This document shows, piece by piece, positions 34,509 through 36,171 of a stretch of 36,171 nucleotides of DNA (the first letter of the stretch is position 1; each line of letters begins with the position of its first letter). The stretch lies in assembly GCA_005878515.1 (NCBI GenBank), contig VBLZ01000096.1, positions 1-36,171 on the forward strand, in the 5' to 3' direction. This DNA is from Methanobacteriota archaeon (lineage in GTDB: Archaea; Thermoplasmatota; Thermoplasmata; RBG-16-68-12). A program made the position numbers and the translations under genes. Under the pieces are notes generated by a model. That model was not told the DNA's origin. It saw only the letters and a list, made by a program, of their open reading frames with translations, and searched no databases.

Positions 34509-34516
34509 GCTTATGG
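34509..34516 (+). promoter_or_regulatory. TATA-like GCTTATGG, about 32 nt upstream of the mdh ATG.
   Basis: It has the same TTATG core and spacing as the other candidate boxes. Confidence 0.3.
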
Positions 34517-34544
34517 ACTCCCAATCCCTTGGATTGACCGAACC

Positions 34545-35480
34545 ATGAAGGCCGGGATTGTCGGGGTTGGTAAGGTCGGCGGCGCAATCGCGTTCGCCCT
34601 CGCGCGAGAAGGCCCGTGGGACGAACTCGTACTCGTCGACGCGGTGCCGGACCTCGCCTGGGCTCAGGCCGAGGATATCCGCCAGGGTTTGCGCGTGTCC
34701 ACGCAACCGGCTGTCCGGGTGGGCACGATCCAGGACCTCGCGGATTGCGATGTCGTCGTCTTGGCGGCCGGACAAGGGCGGAAGCCCGAGATGACCCGGC
34801 TCGACCTGCTGCATTCGAACGCCGGACTGGTCGCAGAACTGAGCCGAAACATCGCCCGCGTAGCGACGCGCGCCAGCCTCGTTGTGCTGACGAACCCGAT
34901 GGACGTCATGACGACCATCGCTTGGCAATCGACCGGATGGCCACGGACCCGTGTGTTGGGCTCGGGAACCCTACTCGACTCGCAACGGTTCCGGGTGATT
35001 CTGGCGGACCACCTCCAGGTGCCTTCCGTGAAGGTCTCCGCGACCGTCCTGGGTGAGCACGGTCAGCGCGTCGTGCCGGTATTCAGTCGTACGAAGGTGA
35101 GCGGACGGCGCCCGAGCCTCTCGACGAAGGACAAGGAGGAAATCACGCGTCGGTTGCGCGACGTCAGCGCGCGGATCATCGAAGCAAAGGGCGGGACCGC
35201 GTTCGGCCCCGCGGGCGCGACGGTGGAGCTCATCCATGCTCTCATCGGCTCCCGGCCGCGGGTCGTGCCTTGCTCGGTCGTCCTGGATGGGGAGTACGGA
35301 GTCCACGACGTCGCGATTGGCGTTCCCGCCGTCCTGGGCACAGGCCGAGTCCTGGGCCTCGAAGAATGGCCTCTGGCCGAAGACGAGCAGGCCGCGTTCG
35401 AGGAAGCGGCACGCGATCTGAAGGCGTTCGCGGACGACGCGGCGGTACTCCTGAAAGTCGGTGAGCGACCGTCCGGATGA
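34545..35480 (+). CDS. mdh: Malate dehydrogenase of the LDH-like family (L-lactate/malate dehydrogenase superfamily).
   Basis: 311 aa. The Rossmann motif is IVGVGKVGGA. Also present are LTNPMDVMT, GSGTLLDSQRFR and LGEHG. The substrate loop AAGQGRKPEMTRLDLL has Arg at the position that separates MDH (R) from LDH (Q). Confidence 0.8.
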   Translation: MKAGIVGVGKVGGAIAFALAREGPWDELVLVDAVPDLAWAQAEDIRQGLRVSTQPAVRVGTIQDLADCDVVVLAAGQGRKPEMTRLDLLHSNAGLVAELSRNIARVATRASLVVLTNPMDVMTTIAWQSTGWPRTRVLGSGTLLDSQRFRVILADHLQVPSVKVSATVLGEHGQRVVPVFSRTKVSGRRPSLSTKDKEEITRRLRDVSARIIEAKGGTAFGPAGATVELIHALIGSRPRVVPCSVVLDGEYGVHDVAIGVPAVLGTGRVLGLEEWPLAEDEQAAFEEAARDLKAFADDAAVLLKVGERPSG

Positions 35481-35499
35481 GCGGGTGTCTGCGTCGACG

Positions 35500-35895
35500 T
35501 CACACGTCAACCGGCTGCGTGCCGTCCCAGATTTTGCGCGCCCCTTTCTCGACGGCGTGGATAAGCAAATCGCGTCCTGACTTCGTCGGGATGACGAAGA
35601 ACTCCTCGATCTTCCCGGACTCGGCGAGGAGCACGAGCTTCGCCTTGCCTCCCTCCATGGGCTGGCCGGTCTCCGGATGCAAGTAGTTGTATCGGACGTA
35701 GCGGCCTCGGTCGATGAGGGACCGGACCTCGTTCTCACCTCGCTTCGTGCGCGTCAGGACCTCCTCCGGAAAGGTCGTCATGATCTCGGCAGGGCAAGGC
35801 GGCTGCCTGCGAAGAACGTAGCGTACGACGATATTGGACACGGGAGGCCTATTTCGCCAAATGATTTTCAGCGATTCCCGCGAAGTGATTCTCAC
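35500..35895 (-). CDS. Hypothetical small protein (131 aa from GTG 35895, or 93 aa from ATG 35781).
   Basis: The ORF has a non-shadow-like composition (EVLTRTKRGENEVRSLIDRGRYVRYNYLHPETGQP...). I recognise no family. A TATA-like box at 35917-35927 lies about 27 nt upstream of GTG 35895. Confidence 0.5.
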   Translation of the reverse strand: MRITSRESLKIIWRNRPPVSNIVVRYVLRRQPPCPAEIMTTFPEEVLTRTKRGENEVRSLIDRGRYVRYNYLHPETGQPMEGGKAKLVLLAESGKIEEFFVIPTKSGRDLLIHAVEKGARKIWDGTQPVDV

Positions 35896-35916
35896 GGGCC
35901 GATGGTTGCAAGGGAA

Positions 35917-35927
35917 CTCTTATCGAA
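35917..35927. promoter_or_regulatory. Possible bidirectional TATA-like element (CTCTTATCGAA) in a 58-bp divergent intergenic region.
   Basis: Its centre is about 27 nt from GTG 35895 (minus strand) and about 32 nt from ATG 35954 (plus strand). Confidence 0.3.
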
Positions 35928-35953
35928 CCAGCCCCACCGTCCGGGCTGAAACC

Positions 35954-36171
35954 ATGTCCCACAGCTACGAGAGCGGAAGACAGGCCATGGCGGAGCTCGG
36001 CTCGAAGCAGCCACATGAGCTGCTGTTGATGCTGGGCGGCCTCCTGGCGGTCCTCCTGACCCTCGCGACGTATGGGATCCAGTGGGTGACTACGCCCGGC
36101 ATTGCGCAGAGCCAGTATGCTACCGTGGCGACGGCGGTAATCCTGAACGTCGTCCTCGGAGCGGCACTCTG
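35954..36171 (+). CDS. Membrane protein, 5' partial view (it runs off the right edge).
   Basis: It is not in the ORF track because no stop falls in the window. From the ATG at 35954: MSHSYESGRQAMAELGSKQPHELLLMLGGLLAVLLTLATYGIQWVTTPGIAQSQYATVATAVILNVVLGAAL. At least two hydrophobic helices are visible. Confidence 0.55.
   Translation, partial: MSHSYESGRQAMAELGSKQPHELLLMLGGLLAVLLTLATYGIQWVTTPGIAQSQYATVATAVILNVVLGAAL

Noticed and set aside
29907-34928. Minus-strand ORFs of 379 aa (29907-31046), 379 aa (31924-33063) and 403 aa (33717-34928).
   Set aside because: They are antisense shadows of the radical SAM, ACAD, alaX and mdh genes. They are R/D/G/P-rich and motif-free.

Overview
The window is visibly GC-rich (not computed) and densely coding. 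It most likely comes from an archaeon. Supporting this are a Sulfolobus/Thermoplasma-type zinc 7Fe ferredoxin, a fused ADP-forming acetyl-CoA synthetase, AlaX, a PAN/ARC-type AAA ATPase, and TATA-like TTTAT(G/C) boxes about 26-33 nt upstream of many start codons. About half the window is ordinary metabolism: acd, a VOC/glyoxalase, an ACT protein, a Cys/Met PLP enzyme, ferredoxin, a ZIP transporter, a LarE-like PP-loop enzyme, thrC, a Bcp peroxiredoxin, a radical SAM protein, a GNAT, an acyl-CoA dehydrogenase, alaX and mdh. The other half is unusual. One uninterrupted 13,287-nt ORF (11176-24462) encodes a 4,428-aa single-pass membrane protein. Its first ~3,000 aa form an almost uncharged Thr/Ser/Gly/Ala beta-solenoid-like ectodomain made of large internal repeats. 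Then come one TM helix, a ~95-aa juxtamembrane alpha/beta module and a ~1,300-aa highly charged coiled-coil tail. The 477-aa gene directly upstream (9479-10912) looks like an ectodomain-less paralogue of that tail, with the same juxtamembrane module and the same twin C-terminal helix motif. A 1,458-aa beta-helix surface protein (1859-6235, minus strand) has the same layout: ectodomain, TM helix, cytoplasmic alpha/beta module. I propose these three genes as a candidate undescribed envelope-spanning surface-to-cytoplasm scaffold. All functional statements about it are inference from sequence patterns. Many long ORFs in the supplied track are antisense shadows or 5' over-extensions and are rejected. 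One real gene, the AAA ATPase at the left edge, is missing from the track. I saw no rRNA, tRNA, CRISPR array or mobile element.
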